Assembly: GCA_041641305.1 (NCBI GenBank)
Contig: JBEPYN010000001.1
Span: 128,001 to 192,000 of the forward strand
Reading direction: 5' to 3'
Origin: Nitrososphaerota archaeon
GTDB lineage: Archaea; Thermoproteota; Nitrososphaeria_A; Caldarchaeales; Caldarchaeaceae
Length of the DNA stretch: 64,000 bases
The notes under the pieces were generated by a model. That model saw only the letters and a list, made by a program, of their open reading frames with translations, ran no database searches and was not told where the DNA came from. The translations under genes were made by a program, and so were the position numbers. Below, piece by piece: positions 31,520-41,871 of the stretch; position 1 is the first letter of the stretch; every line of letters starts with the position of its first letter.

Positions 31520-31938
31520 AACGTAAAAGGTTTACCTTAAACCATTTTTATCATTTTTGTTGTAGCCAAGCCCATCATAAAGAGTTCGATTTATCGAACA
31601 TCCAAGAGGACGTATAAAACCCAGCCCACACATTCACAACAGCCATTGAATTATTGAAACATCTGTCCGATATCCCAACCGATTCGCTTAGTTGCACCCG
31701 TATTAATCCCCATCAGGCACTCTAGATACGGGGTTATCCGTTTAGAAACGGATCTAAAACGTCCTAGAATGCGTTGCAAAAAACCCATTAACACGATAAA
31801 TTTTTCATTTCAATAAGATTTGAATTATTCTATAAAGCGATGTGTTGGTGACGACTGTTCAAAAATTCGAACACTTGAAGCAGCAATTAGATCCATCATA
31901 AGGTAAACCTTATAACTTCAAAGTTCTACGTTAAACAT
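31520..31938. repeat. ~420-bp AT-rich non-coding region with nested palindromes (candidate centromere-like or origin site)
   Basis: 13-bp inverted repeat 31527-31539/31899-31911; palindromes at 31584-31599, 31736-31753, 31857-31872. Confidence 0.6.
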
Positions 31939-32241
31939 ATGAAAAAGAAACAAGATCAAATAAACAACAACCAACTCAGGAAATCCGTCGAGCAGGCAAT
32001 GAGGCAGCCGAGGCTCGCTTTTTACTCGCCCCTTTCCGCAGCTGTGATGAATTACTGGAAGAACGCTGTCCCCCGCTACAGCATAAGCGATGAGTTGGCG
32101 AAGATAGTAGAGTCTGCTTTGGTGAAAAAGTATCCCGAGTTGACTAAACGTGTTATGAAGATGATGAAATCTGGAAAAACAGGTGCTACAGCGTCCGTGT
32201 CCAGACGTGTTCGATCTTCGAAGGAGGACGGCGGAGAGTAG
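31939..32241 (+). CDS. SegB-like ribbon-helix-helix DNA-binding protein
   Basis: PRLAFYSPLS..VMNY....PRYSIS....IVE..L...YPEL aligns ungapped with the Sulfolobus SegB core as recalled. Confidence 0.62.
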   Translation: MKKKQDQINNNQLRKSVEQAMRQPRLAFYSPLSAAVMNYWKNAVPRYSISDELAKIVESALVKKYPELTKRVMKMMKSGKTGATASVSRRVRSSKEDGGE

Positions 32242-33055
32242 GTTTTACTCTGTCGGGCGGCGGATTGTGCAGAGCGTTTGAGAGATGTTGTAGTGCGTGG
32301 GCTGCGGCTTCGAGGTGGTTGGCCGATTTTTGGTAGAGTGCGAGATAGAATCCTGTCAGCATGTCGCCGGCTCCTGTCAGATCATTCGCATCGGTCTTTA
32401 TGCGTAGCAGGGTCAGGGAGCTGCGATGAGCGATGAAAAGCCCTTGAGCAGAGCCTACCAAGACCACGGCATCGGTGCCGAGCCCTAAGACACGCGTGGC
32501 GGAGATTAAGTCACCTTCTCCGGTAACGGCTAACGCCTCCTCCTCGCTGCAGTGCAGAACGTCAACTGTTTTCAGAACCTCTGAGATGTCGGGGCTGCAT
32601 AATGTTATCAATCCTCGGCGGTCGATTTTCCGAACAAATCCCTGTAAATCAGCCGCCAACAATGAGACATTTTTTCTAAGCAATCGTAGATGCTTTTCAC
32701 CTGCCTCCCTGTAGACGGGTGATAGTAGAGCCGTGTCATCGTCAAAGTCTTCCAGAATATCTAGCGGTATATGCGGCCCCTCTGCAGCTATTCTAGAAAC
32801 CCGGGCCCCATTGATGTATTTGTGTTCAAAGGTGTATGTCTTAGCGCCTACGATCTTTTTTACTCCGGAGATGTTGAGCCTACGTTGTTGCATCAATGCT
32901 GTGAAGGTTTCTGGAAAATCTTCGCCGACCGCTGAGTAAACAGATACGTTTTGGGAGAGAGATGCGGCCGCGATGCCCGCGTACCATGGAGGCCCTCCTA
33001 TAGCTTTTCTCCCGCTCAGGATATCTATTGTCAAACCTCCTACGACAGCAAGCAT
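32186..33055 (-). CDS. PfkB-family carbohydrate/nucleoside kinase
   Basis: GGPPWY, DLQGFVR, DLTGAGD. Confidence 0.85.
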   Translation of the reverse strand: MLAVVGGLTIDILSGRKAIGGPPWYAGIAAASLSQNVSVYSAVGEDFPETFTALMQQRRLNISGVKKIVGAKTYTFEHKYINGARVSRIAAEGPHIPLDILEDFDDDTALLSPVYREAGEKHLRLLRKNVSLLAADLQGFVRKIDRRGLITLCSPDISEVLKTVDVLHCSEEEALAVTGEGDLISATRVLGLGTDAVVLVGSAQGLFIAHRSSLTLLRIKTDANDLTGAGDMLTGFYLALYQKSANHLEAAAHALQHLSNALHNPPPDRVKPTLRRPPSKIEHVWTRTL

Positions 33056-33104
33056 CCCAAGGTGTTTTTGGTAGGGGAAAGATTAAATCATTGCCGTATA
33101 TTGT

Positions 33105-34118
33105 TTGGCTGGATTGACTCAAGTGGTCCCTCTAAGCGAGGTCGAGAAGCCGAGGCGTGAGGAGGTCAGGGGTGTTGAGAAGTTTAGGAACGCGGGTTAC
33201 CGGATAGTTGGTCGTCATTCTGCTGTGAAGGTTTGCCACTGGACCAAGTCGGCTTTGAAGGGTGGAAAGATGTGTTACAAGAGCTGGTACGGGATTGCGA
33301 GCCACCGCTGCATCCAGATGACACCATCTGTCCAATACTGTAACATGATGTGCGTTTTTTGCTGGAGGTTTCATACCTTGAACAGAGTGCAGCCATATGA
33401 TGGAGAATGGGATAGCCCCGAGGAGATTTTGGAGAGGATGATCGCGGAGCAGAGGCAGCTGCTCTCAGGGTTTGGAGGCAACCCGAACGTTCCCAAGGAT
33501 AGGTTTAAGGAGGCTATGGAACCTATGCACATCGCCATCTCGCTCGACGGAGAGCCGACACTATATCCCTACCTGGCAGAGTTCATTCAACTCGCGTCAA
33601 GCAGAGGAATGACCACTTTCCTCGTCACAAATGGAACCATGCCTGAGAGGCTTGAAGAGCTTCTCCAGAAGGCTCAGCCGACCTCTCTCTACATCAGCCT
33701 CTACGGCCCCGACAAAGAGACGCATGTAAAAACCTGTAAACCATTGATCAAGGATAGTTGGGAAAGGATGCTCAAATCCCTTGAGCTCATGGGGAGGTTT
33801 AGCTGCAGAAAAATCATAAGACTGACGCTCGTCAAAGACGTTAACATGCATAGCCCGGAGAAATTCGCGGAACTCATACGGAATGCTTCACCCGACTTTG
33901 TGGAGTGTAAGGGTTACACACACGTGGGAGAGTCGCAGCTGAGGCTGAAGAGGGAGAATATGCCTTCGCTGGAGGAAATAAACAGGTTCGCCGCAGAGCT
34001 CGCCGCAGACATCGGGTTCATCAAGGTGGCTGAGGATGAGGTGAGCAGGGTTGTGCTACTGGCGAACCCCAGCTCCCCCTACTACATAGAGGCCGCTAAG
34101 GTGGAAAATCCTTCTTAG
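33105..34118 (+). CDS. taw1: 4-demethylwyosine synthase (radical SAM, TYW1/Taw1)
   Basis: HSAVKVCHW, CYK, SHRCIQMTP, CNMMCVFCWR, SLDGEP, KGY. Confidence 0.93.
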   Translation: MAGLTQVVPLSEVEKPRREEVRGVEKFRNAGYRIVGRHSAVKVCHWTKSALKGGKMCYKSWYGIASHRCIQMTPSVQYCNMMCVFCWRFHTLNRVQPYDGEWDSPEEILERMIAEQRQLLSGFGGNPNVPKDRFKEAMEPMHIAISLDGEPTLYPYLAEFIQLASSRGMTTFLVTNGTMPERLEELLQKAQPTSLYISLYGPDKETHVKTCKPLIKDSWERMLKSLELMGRFSCRKIIRLTLVKDVNMHSPEKFAELIRNASPDFVECKGYTHVGESQLRLKRENMPSLEEINRFAAELAADIGFIKVAEDEVSRVVLLANPSSPYYIEAAKVENPS

Positions 34119-34587
34119 CGCTGAGGAGTTTTTCATAGGTCTGGTCGACGGTCTCAGGCAGAACGCGGGTATCAGACACAACGGTCATGAAGTTTGTATC
34201 CCCACGCCATCGTGGGACAACATGAAAATGAATATGGTCTTCTATACCTGCTCCAGCTGATTTGCCGATGTTCGCCCCTATGTTGAAACCCTCAGGCCGC
34301 ATGATGTTTCTGATTACTTTAACCACCCATTTTATCAACTGCATCATCTCGAGCATCTCGTCGTCGGAAAGCTCCTCCAGCGACCCCACATGCCTAAAAG
34401 GTGTGACCATGACATGTCCATTATTGTATGGGTATATGTTCATGATGACGAATGATTTCTTGCCACGATGAACCACATACTTTTTCCTGTCATCCTTCTC
34501 CTCAGCCGCGAGGCAGAAAACACATCCAGGTTCTGTCTTTCCCTCTTTTATGTAAGCCATTCTCCATGGGGCATAGAGCCTATCCAA
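34096..34587 (-). CDS. HIT-family nucleotide hydrolase
   Basis: LYAPWR, CVFC, YPYNNGH, HIHFHVVPRW. Confidence 0.92.
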   Translation of the reverse strand: MDRLYAPWRMAYIKEGKTEPGCVFCLAAEEKDDRKKYVVHRGKKSFVIMNIYPYNNGHVMVTPFRHVGSLEELSDDEMLEMMQLIKWVVKVIRNIMRPEGFNIGANIGKSAGAGIEDHIHFHVVPRWRGDTNFMTVVSDTRVLPETVDQTYEKLLSAKKDFPP

Positions 34588-34588
34588 C

Positions 34589-35302
34589 TCATCGGCACCT
34601 CTCCAGACTCTGATTTAAGTTATCCCGTTCCAACCACGTGGCCCAATCCGGTCTAAGATAAGCTGAATAAACTGCGCCCGCCAACACATTTTCGACAGAG
34701 GCCAGAAAACCTCTCAAACTATGGACAGGAACAACAAAGACGTCCGACACTACTCTCTGCGAGGGCTCATAGAGAGAGACAACAACCGGCGCAAGAAAGA
34801 CCAGATGATCTCCTCCAAACCGTTTCGCGAGATACTTCTTTAAAAGACTGGTTCGTTCGAGTGATTTTTCCACGATTTTTCGCAGAGTTTTCCCCGCGAG
34901 TCGTTTGTTCCATCTCTTGCAGTCGACTGCGAGGCAGATGCTGGAGCCTGCAGCCAGCACATCAATCTCAGCCCTTCTCCCCTCTACTGAGAGCCTGTAG
35001 CCTGTCCGGCATGTGAACCCGGCTCTTCTACAGGCCTCTGCCACAAAATTCTCCATCTCCCTCCAGCTCAGAAAACGTGCAACAACCTGCGGGTCGGAGC
35101 CGCTGGCTATCGCCTCTATGGCGAGAGATATTTTTGCAGATGATGGGTTTGTCTCTGCCAGCACGCGGTTAACCTCCGTCTTCACCTCTTCGATGGAAAA
35201 AGTGTTTGAGCTGACAAAACCTTGAACATCCCCTTCCAAACTCCTGCTGAGGTATGCAAGAGCCGCCTCGTATATTTTTGACTTATCTGAACAAGTCATC
35301 AT
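34589..35302 (-). CDS. PD-(D/E)XK restriction-endonuclease-like protein (Mrr/NERD-like)
   Basis: LSWREME, EIDVLA, VDCKRW. Confidence 0.7.
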   Translation of the reverse strand: MMTCSDKSKIYEAALAYLSRSLEGDVQGFVSSNTFSIEEVKTEVNRVLAETNPSSAKISLAIEAIASGSDPQVVARFLSWREMENFVAEACRRAGFTCRTGYRLSVEGRRAEIDVLAAGSSICLAVDCKRWNKRLAGKTLRKIVEKSLERTSLLKKYLAKRFGGDHLVFLAPVVVSLYEPSQRVVSDVFVVPVHSLRGFLASVENVLAGAVYSAYLRPDWATWLERDNLNQSLERCR

Positions 35303-36047
35303 CCTCTGCTCTGATTATTGTTTTCGCCGGTATGTTTGTTTTATCGTATCTGAGCCCTCTTACAATGGCCGCCGGTATCCCCTCGTCAGCCTCCCCCATA
35401 ACAAGACCAGCGGCCGACGCAATCTGATCAGCTATGCAGATCACCTTTGAGCGGAGAACCCTGCCGTACAGGTCTTTTCGGCCCCGGAGGTCGTCGAGGG
35501 GGTTTATGCCGCTGCATCCTATCGCCACGTTTACAGCACCTTTCCTAAATGGCCTGCCCCAGCTATCTGTTATGACAACTGCTACATCCACGCCAGTGAG
35601 TTTCCGCAGGCCGCTGCGGATTCGATGAGCGGATGCGTCTGGGTCATCGGGCAAAGTGATCAAAAAATCTTCGCCTCCTGAGTTTGAGGCGTCGACACCT
35701 GCATTGGCGCAGACAAAGCCGTGAAAGCTTTCGCATATGATTACTCCGTGTCCAACTCGGATTACTTTAGACGCGTTGCGCAGCACCACCTCCACTTGGC
35801 GCGGGTCTTTTCCGGTGATCTTCGCCAGATTTATTGCGTGTTGTGAGGGAGTTATCTCCTCCAGCTGAACTATTTTTCCCTCAGCTTTGGAGATGAGTGA
35901 GTGAGCAACTACGACCACATCCCCGTCCTCCAAAGTTATGCCTGACTTCCTTAAACCTTCGAAAATCAGTTCGGCCACGTCGTCGCCTACTTTTGCTAAA
36001 CCTATTCCACGCACAGGAATTATTTCCAATTCAGCGACCCTATCCAC
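35283..36047 (-). CDS. cofE: Coenzyme F420-0:L-glutamate ligase
   Basis: SKAEG, CANAGVDASN, LPDDPD, DSWGRPFR, MGEADEG.P, DLFR. Confidence 0.9.
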   Translation of the reverse strand: MDRVAELEIIPVRGIGLAKVGDDVAELIFEGLRKSGITLEDGDVVVVAHSLISKAEGKIVQLEEITPSQHAINLAKITGKDPRQVEVVLRNASKVIRVGHGVIICESFHGFVCANAGVDASNSGGEDFLITLPDDPDASAHRIRSGLRKLTGVDVAVVITDSWGRPFRKGAVNVAIGCSGINPLDDLRGRKDLYGRVLRSKVICIADQIASAAGLVMGEADEGIPAAIVRGLRYDKTNIPAKTIIRAEDDDLFR

Positions 36048-36346
36048 TATAGACCGAGTTTGTCGAGTTTTTTCTTCGCTTTGGCAGCTGAGACGGAAGA
36101 CAGGTCGAGAACACTCTCTTGCTCAACGGTTTTCCTCTTCACGAATAGGCCGCATCTACCGTCTGGTAGAAGCTTGACCTGTATGCATTGGGCGTATGGA
36201 CATTGATAGCCTATGCAGGGTGCGTCAACCCAGTTGCACCAAGGCGGGTTTCTCCTATAGTCCAGAACTTTCTTACCGCATCGGAAAAATCGACAGAGGG
36301 GATTGCATATAGGCGTCGGCTCTTTACTCAACGTCCAGTTCGGCAA
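36047..36346 (-). CDS. Small Cys-rich hypothetical protein
   Basis: CNPLC..FRC, CNWVDAPCIGYQCPYAQC, LLPDGRC; coupled to cofE. Confidence 0.7.
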   Translation of the reverse strand: MPNWTLSKEPTPICNPLCRFFRCGKKVLDYRRNPPWCNWVDAPCIGYQCPYAQCIQVKLLPDGRCGLFVKRKTVEQESVLDLSSVSAAKAKKKLDKLGL

Positions 36347-36389
36347 ACCCGAACCTCACTCTACGCAAACAAGGATGGAAGGTGGAATT

Positions 36390-38087
36390 TTAACGTTGTT
36401 TCCTTGAACGCAAAACGATATATGCTCCGGCAAGTAGCACAATGAGAACGGCCGCCAATATGATGGACGCGAGAAGCTGAGTTGAGATGAAAGCGTTGCC
36501 GACTGCTACCTCGTCAACAAACCTGATCTGAATATTTTCTGGGCCTGATGCGAACCTTCTCTCCCTAACCAAGAGGGTGTCTCCACTGTAAACGTCGACC
36601 ACTACGTGAGAGGGCAGCTCGAGAGTGATTTTCAAGGGTGTAGAGCTCGAAACAGTGTCCAGCAACTGTTCACTGTCTCCATATACCGTGACGCGCAGTC
36701 CCTCGACAGTGCGTCCTAGGGAGTCAAGAACCGTGATGGTTACTGGGAAGTTGACGGTTGTTAGCCGTATTTCCTGAGGTTCCGTTGATAGGTCTAAAAT
36801 TCTTTGGAAAACAACCCGGTCTCTATAACGTACGACCACTTCGTTGGGTCCAGGGAAAACGTCAGCTGCGGCCTGTCCATTTGAAATTGTTGTGTTCGTT
36901 GTCCTGTCTGTGATTGTGTCTCTTATTATCAACTGTGCTGATGGCAAAGGAGTGCCCGTGTAATCGACTATTCTTAGTGATGTTTTTGTCAGAGGAAGCG
37001 TAATCTCCTTGGTTATCTTGTATTCGTTTAGGGTGAGCCGCTCCACTTGTATGCGTGTTCTCCCTCGGAAAACTGAGATCTGGTAATCGCCTACGATTTT
37101 TGACTGGGGGACAAGACCTACTGTGAACTGACCCTGCTCATCCGTGACGCCGCCGGTGAAGTTACCGTAACCCGCCGCGCCCACGAGTATGCCTATTCCC
37201 TTAACAGGGTTGCCATCCGGGTCGAGAACCTTGATAACCACGTTCCCTACATCTGGTGTGAAGACAAACGCTGTGTAACCTTCTACGTTGAGGAGAGTGT
37301 TGTAGACAACCACGTCCCTGTTAGAAAGCTTGATTGACAAAGTGGCGTTGTAGCTGCCGACTATAGCCGAGCTTATCAACTGGTTTATTGAGGTGAAGCC
37401 ATCGACTACGTCAACACGTTCAGTGACGTTCCCAGCCCTTAGAGACAGCGACCCAGACAGCTTTATACGTGTTCCCTGGGAATCGGCAAACGAGAAGTTC
37501 GCGTTGACGAGCCCGGAGGAAATTGTCACCTCCTCGACATAGTTGTCAACCATCTTTTCGACGCTGCCGAGGGTTATGCCTTGTTTGAGAGTTGATACCC
37601 TATATGGGCCACCTATGGATGAAATGTTTGAGAAGGGTATGTCGGTGAATATTGCGACACCAGACCCATTTGTCCGCTGTGACGTTGAAACCACTCCATT
37701 TGGAGACAGAAGGTTAACGAAAAGGTTTGGCACAGGTTTTCCAGCAGTATCTACCACTTTTGCGTACACCCTTGAGAGCGGAGCAACTTCTCTCAGGAAA
37801 TTTGTCTCCGGGAATACTATTGTTCTTCTTATTAGCTCGATGTTTTGGAGAGAGATAGTGACTTGATATGTTCCAGGAGTAAGTTGTCTGAGGACTGCGT
37901 AACCTGTAGCGTTTGTCACCGCTGTTTCCCTGAAGTTTTCAGCCTGTACCGTAACAGTCAGCCCCGCCCGCGGAGATCCATCTCCGGCTGTAACAAGAAC
38001 TGTCAAAACCTGCCCCTGAGACTGCGCCAGCGTCAAATGAGGAAGCGTTAGAAGAACCACCAATAGAGTCAATGCGATTGCCTTCAT
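36390..38087 (-). CDS. Cell-surface protein with repeated carboxypeptidase-regulatory/Ig-like domains and C-terminal TM anchor
   Basis: Signal peptide; repeated V.D..G.P / TN.TG motifs; hydrophobic tail plus RSRKQR. Confidence 0.78.
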   Translation of the reverse strand: MKAIALTLLVVLLTLPHLTLAQSQGQVLTVLVTAGDGSPRAGLTVTVQAENFRETAVTNATGYAVLRQLTPGTYQVTISLQNIELIRRTIVFPETNFLREVAPLSRVYAKVVDTAGKPVPNLFVNLLSPNGVVSTSQRTNGSGVAIFTDIPFSNISSIGGPYRVSTLKQGITLGSVEKMVDNYVEEVTISSGLVNANFSFADSQGTRIKLSGSLSLRAGNVTERVDVVDGFTSINQLISSAIVGSYNATLSIKLSNRDVVVYNTLLNVEGYTAFVFTPDVGNVVIKVLDPDGNPVKGIGILVGAAGYGNFTGGVTDEQGQFTVGLVPQSKIVGDYQISVFRGRTRIQVERLTLNEYKITKEITLPLTKTSLRIVDYTGTPLPSAQLIIRDTITDRTTNTTISNGQAAADVFPGPNEVVVRYRDRVVFQRILDLSTEPQEIRLTTVNFPVTITVLDSLGRTVEGLRVTVYGDSEQLLDTVSSSTPLKITLELPSHVVVDVYSGDTLLVRERRFASGPENIQIRFVDEVAVGNAFISTQLLASIILAAVLIVLLAGAYIVLRSRKQR

Positions 38088-38113
38088 TGGGTTTTTTGTT
38101 CTTGACCCGGGTT

Positions 38114-38557
38114 TTAAATTTGAATGTTGTTTAGACGTTTTCTGAGGAATGTGTCAGCTTCAAGAAGTGTTTCCCGGGCTGTTTTAAAGGTCAGTCTCTC
38201 GAGGGCTTTTTCGAGGGGGAGCCAGACGAAATCGAGATGCTCCTGTGAAAGCGTCACCGCTCTGTCAAACACTTCTCCCAGGTAGAAGACAACTTCTTTT
38301 CTCACCAGCTTCCCGTTTTTCATGAACATGTAGTTGATTATCTTGCGAAAGCCTTCAACCAACTCTATCCTATGTATTCCTGTCTCCTCCCACACCTCTC
38401 GTAGAACAGCCTGCAGCTCCGACTCGTTCTTCTCGATGTGCCCCTTCGGAAAATCCCAGTGACCCGCTCCATACTTTAGTAAAAGATACTCGACACCGTC
38501 GTCCCCCTTGATATATAATACAGCTCCAGCGCTTCTCTCATCGACTCGACGCTTCAA
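38114..38557 (-). CDS. NUDIX hydrolase (Ap4A hydrolase-like)
   Basis: SAGAV, HWDFPKGHIE..E....REVWEETG, LSQEH. Confidence 0.9.
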   Translation of the reverse strand: MKRRVDERSAGAVLYIKGDDGVEYLLLKYGAGHWDFPKGHIEKNESELQAVLREVWEETGIHRIELVEGFRKIINYMFMKNGKLVRKEVVFYLGEVFDRAVTLSQEHLDFVWLPLEKALERLTFKTARETLLEADTFLRKRLNNIQI

Positions 38558-38601
38558 CCCATTACATTTCTATGATTAGGTCGATATATGCTTAAATTCG
38601 G

Positions 38602-39498
38602 TTGGATAAAGTTATAGACAGCATGCAGACTCTTCATAAACCTGAGTGGATTCGGGCAACTCTCCCTGGGCCTGGAGCTTATCCCAGGGTCAGGAGTGTT
38701 TTGAGAAAATATGGGCTACACACTGTCTGTGAGGAAGCGTTGTGCCCCAACCTCGGAGAATGCTGGGGAGGAGGAACAGCCACTATAATGATTCTCGGAG
38801 ACATTTGCACCAGGGGTTGTAGGTTCTGCGCAGTGAAAACAGGCAAGCCGAGTGGTTTTCTGGATACTAACGAGCCTGTAAACGTCGCGAGAGCTGTTAG
38901 CGAGATGGGGCTAAAGTATGTTGTTTTGACTTCTGTGTGTCGTGACGACCTCGAAGACGGCGGAGCTGGTGTTTACGCAGAAACCATCAGAAAAATTAAG
39001 GAGACAAAACCCGATGTCTTGGTAGAGGTTTTGATACCCGACTTTGACGCAGAACCCGCGGAGCTGAAAAAAGTTGTGGAAGCAGGGCCTGATGTTGTGT
39101 CTCACAACATAGAGACCGTAAAGCGTTTGACTCCTGTCGTGCGCGACCCACGTGCATCATATGAAAAGTCTCTGAAGGTTCTTCAATTGCTTAAGCAGAT
39201 AAACCCAAGGATCTACACGAAGTCGTCTATCATGGTCGGGCTTGGTGAGAGCTTTGAAGAGGTTGTTGAAGCGTTGCGTGACCTCCGCGCAGTGGATGTG
39301 GACTTTGTGACGATTGGGCAGTATCTTCGGCCGACGCTTAATCATCTGCCTGTAAAGGAGTATGTTCATCCCGATGTTTTCAAAAGGTATGAGCGCGAGT
39401 GTATGGCTATGGGGTTCAAATATGCTGCTTGCGGGCCACTGGTTAGGAGCAGTTACCGGGCTGGCGAATACTATCTCATGTCTATGCTGGGGAGGTGA
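38602..39498 (+). CDS. lipA: Lipoyl synthase
   Basis: [24 protein letters not shown]. Confidence 0.95.
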   Translation: MDKVIDSMQTLHKPEWIRATLPGPGAYPRVRSVLRKYGLHTVCEEALCPNLGECWGGGTATIMILGDICTRGCRFCAVKTGKPSGFLDTNEPVNVARAVSEMGLKYVVLTSVCRDDLEDGGAGVYAETIRKIKETKPDVLVEVLIPDFDAEPAELKKVVEAGPDVVSHNIETVKRLTPVVRDPRASYEKSLKVLQLLKQINPRIYTKSSIMVGLGESFEEVVEALRDLRAVDVDFVTIGQYLRPTLNHLPVKEYVHPDVFKRYERECMAMGFKYAACGPLVRSSYRAGEYYLMSMLGR

Positions 39499-40478
39499 GT
39501 GGTTTGCCTCAGTTGAACATGGCGCAGGCCCTGAACCTTGCTCTGCGCGAGGAGATGAGCCGTGACGAGAGGGTTGTGGTGCTCGGTGAGGATGTTGGAC
39601 GACGCGGCGGAGTGTTTCTCATCACTGAGGGCTTGTATGAGTTGTTCGGGCCCGAGAGGGTTATCGACACCCCTCTCTCCGAAGCTGGTATCATCGGCGT
39701 GGCGGCGGGCATGGCCATGAACGGACTGAGGCCCGTTGCCGAGATACAGTTCGCCGACTTCATCTTTGGAGGATTCGACCAGATAGTTTCTAACGTCGCC
39801 AAAATCAGGTACAGAACAGGAGGACAATTTTCTGTTCCCTTGACGATTAGGGCCCCGGTAGGAGGCGGCGTTAAAGGCGGCATGTTCCACAGCCAGAGCC
39901 CCGAGGCATACTTCATACACACGCCGGGACTGAAGGTGGTTACTCCCTCGACACCCAGCGACGCAAAAGGTCTACTTATTTCATCTATCAGAGATGAGGA
40001 TCCTGTGCTGTTTTTTGAGCCCAAGCGTATCTACAGGACTTTTAAGGAAGAGGTGCCAGAGGGAGAATATACTGTGCCGCTCGGTGTTGCGCGGGTTGCG
40101 CGAGAGGGCTCCGATGTTTCGCTGATTACCTACGCCGCCACGGTTCATGACTGTCTAAGAGCTGCTGAGAAGGCTGAGGACGAGGGCATAAGCTGTGAGG
40201 TGATAGACCTTCGGACGCTTCTACCTTTTGACAAGGATGCTGTCGAGAGGACTGTGAAGAAGACGGGTAGGCCTGTGATTGTGCATGAGGCGCCTAAGAC
40301 ATGTGGCTTCGGCGCGGAGCTTGCAGCCTTCATAGCCGAGAGGCTGTTGTTCGACCTTGAGGCCCCTGTTCTGAGGGTTACCGGCTACGATACACCGTTT
40401 CCATTCGTCCACGAGCATCATTACTTGCCCAACGAGACGAGGATACTGAACGCCATACGCAAAGCCGCAAGCTTCTAA
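39495..40478 (+). CDS. 2-oxoacid dehydrogenase E1 beta subunit
   Basis: GEDVG..GGVF, DTPLSE, EIQFADF, HSQS. Confidence 0.92.
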   Translation: MSGLPQLNMAQALNLALREEMSRDERVVVLGEDVGRRGGVFLITEGLYELFGPERVIDTPLSEAGIIGVAAGMAMNGLRPVAEIQFADFIFGGFDQIVSNVAKIRYRTGGQFSVPLTIRAPVGGGVKGGMFHSQSPEAYFIHTPGLKVVTPSTPSDAKGLLISSIRDEDPVLFFEPKRIYRTFKEEVPEGEYTVPLGVARVAREGSDVSLITYAATVHDCLRAAEKAEDEGISCEVIDLRTLLPFDKDAVERTVKKTGRPVIVHEAPKTCGFGAELAAFIAERLLFDLEAPVLRVTGYDTPFPFVHEHHYLPNETRILNAIRKAASF

Positions 40479-40491
40479 GGAGGCATAGTGC

Positions 40492-41871
40492 ATGAATTTT
40501 GATGCTGTTGTTGTTGGAGGAGGTCCGGGAGGTTACTCGACGGCGATAAGGCTAAGCCAACTCGGTTTAAAAACCGCTCTAGTTGAGAAAGAACATCTCG
40601 GCGGTGAATGCACCAACTGGGGATGCATACCGAGCAAGCACCTCATCACCCAAGCGAAAAAAATCCATTCGCTGATGGAGCTCTTAGGCTCAGGCCTTGT
40701 CACGGGAGAGATAACGGTAACCATGCCAAAAATCACCGAATCAACCCAGCAGGTTGTCCAAAGGCTGAGACAAGGAATCTCTTACCTACTCAAAACCTAT
40801 CGTGTAACTGTTTACAAGGGTGAGGCAGAGATAACCAGTCCCGGGATGGTCAAAGTTTCGAGCAACGGTGGCAAGGAATCTTTTGAGGCCAGAAACATAG
40901 TTGTTGCGACCGGGACTGTCCAGAGCAGTCTGCCAGCGGCTCCGTATGATGGGAAGCGCATAATCGGGTATAAGGAGGCCCTTTACTTGGGAAATGTTCC
41001 GAAGAAGATGCTGGTGGTGGGCGGCGGAGCAATAGGGGTTGAACTCGGGACGGCTTATAGACATCTCGGCTCCGAGGTTACCATTGTGGAGTTGATGGAC
41101 CAGCTCCTGCCCGGAATAGACCCTGACGCGGCCCGACTTCTAAAAAGAGGCCTCGAGAAAAAAGGTGTAAAGATTCATCTCAAGACGACCGTTGAAGAAA
41201 CCCGCTATGTAGACGGTGGTGTCGAGGCTCTTTTGTCGAATGATGTGAGAGAGGTTTTTGACATTGTCTTGGTTGTTGTGGGGAAGAGGCCGAGCGAATG
41301 GGTTAGAAAACTGGCTGACCTTGGGGTGAAGCTCGGCGAGAAGGGATATGTTTTGGTGGACAGCGGCATGAAAACATCCGTCGATGGAATATATGCGGTA
41401 GGGGATGTCACGGGCCCGCCTTTCCTCGCACATAAAGCATATAGACAAGCAACAGTTGCTGCAGAAAACATCGCAGGGAAAAAGAGCTCATACGACGGGC
41501 TTGTACCCTTCGGTGTCTTCACCTCACCAGAGGTCGCTACCGTCGGGCTAACAGTCGAGGCGGCGCGAGAAAAAGGCTACGACCCTGTGGAAGCAAGGTT
41601 TCCATACGCCGCTCTTGGTAGAGCAGTCGCCGACAATGAAGACGGATTCGTGAAAATTATCTTCGACAAAAAAACAGACAAAGTCTTTGGAGCAACTGTC
41701 GTGGGCCCGCATGCCACCGAGACCGTTTCTATTTTGACAACATTAATCAAGCTGGGCGCAACCGTGGATGAAGCCTCTGAAATAATACACATCCACCCAA
41801 CATATTCCGAGGCGGTCGGCGAGGCTATGCATCTTGCTCACAAGAGGTCGATCCACTATGTCACGCGATGA
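40492..41871 (+). CDS. lpdA: Dihydrolipoamide dehydrogenase (E3)
   Basis: GGECTNWGCIPSK, GGGAIG, LAHKA, HPTYSE. Confidence 0.93.
   Translation: MNFDAVVVGGGPGGYSTAIRLSQLGLKTALVEKEHLGGECTNWGCIPSKHLITQAKKIHSLMELLGSGLVTGEITVTMPKITESTQQVVQRLRQGISYLLKTYRVTVYKGEAEITSPGMVKVSSNGGKESFEARNIVVATGTVQSSLPAAPYDGKRIIGYKEALYLGNVPKKMLVVGGGAIGVELGTAYRHLGSEVTIVELMDQLLPGIDPDAARLLKRGLEKKGVKIHLKTTVEETRYVDGGVEALLSNDVREVFDIVLVVVGKRPSEWVRKLADLGVKLGEKGYVLVDSGMKTSVDGIYAVGDVTGPPFLAHKAYRQATVAAENIAGKKSSYDGLVPFGVFTSPEVATVGLTVEAAREKGYDPVEARFPYAALGRAVADNEDGFVKIIFDKKTDKVFGATVVGPHATETVSILTTLIKLGATVDEASEIIHIHPTYSEAVGEAMHLAHKRSIHYVTR

Noticed and set aside
31520-31938. CRISPR array or decayed segA
   Set aside because: No regularly spaced 24-40 bp repeats; no Walker A remnant seen; too short for segA
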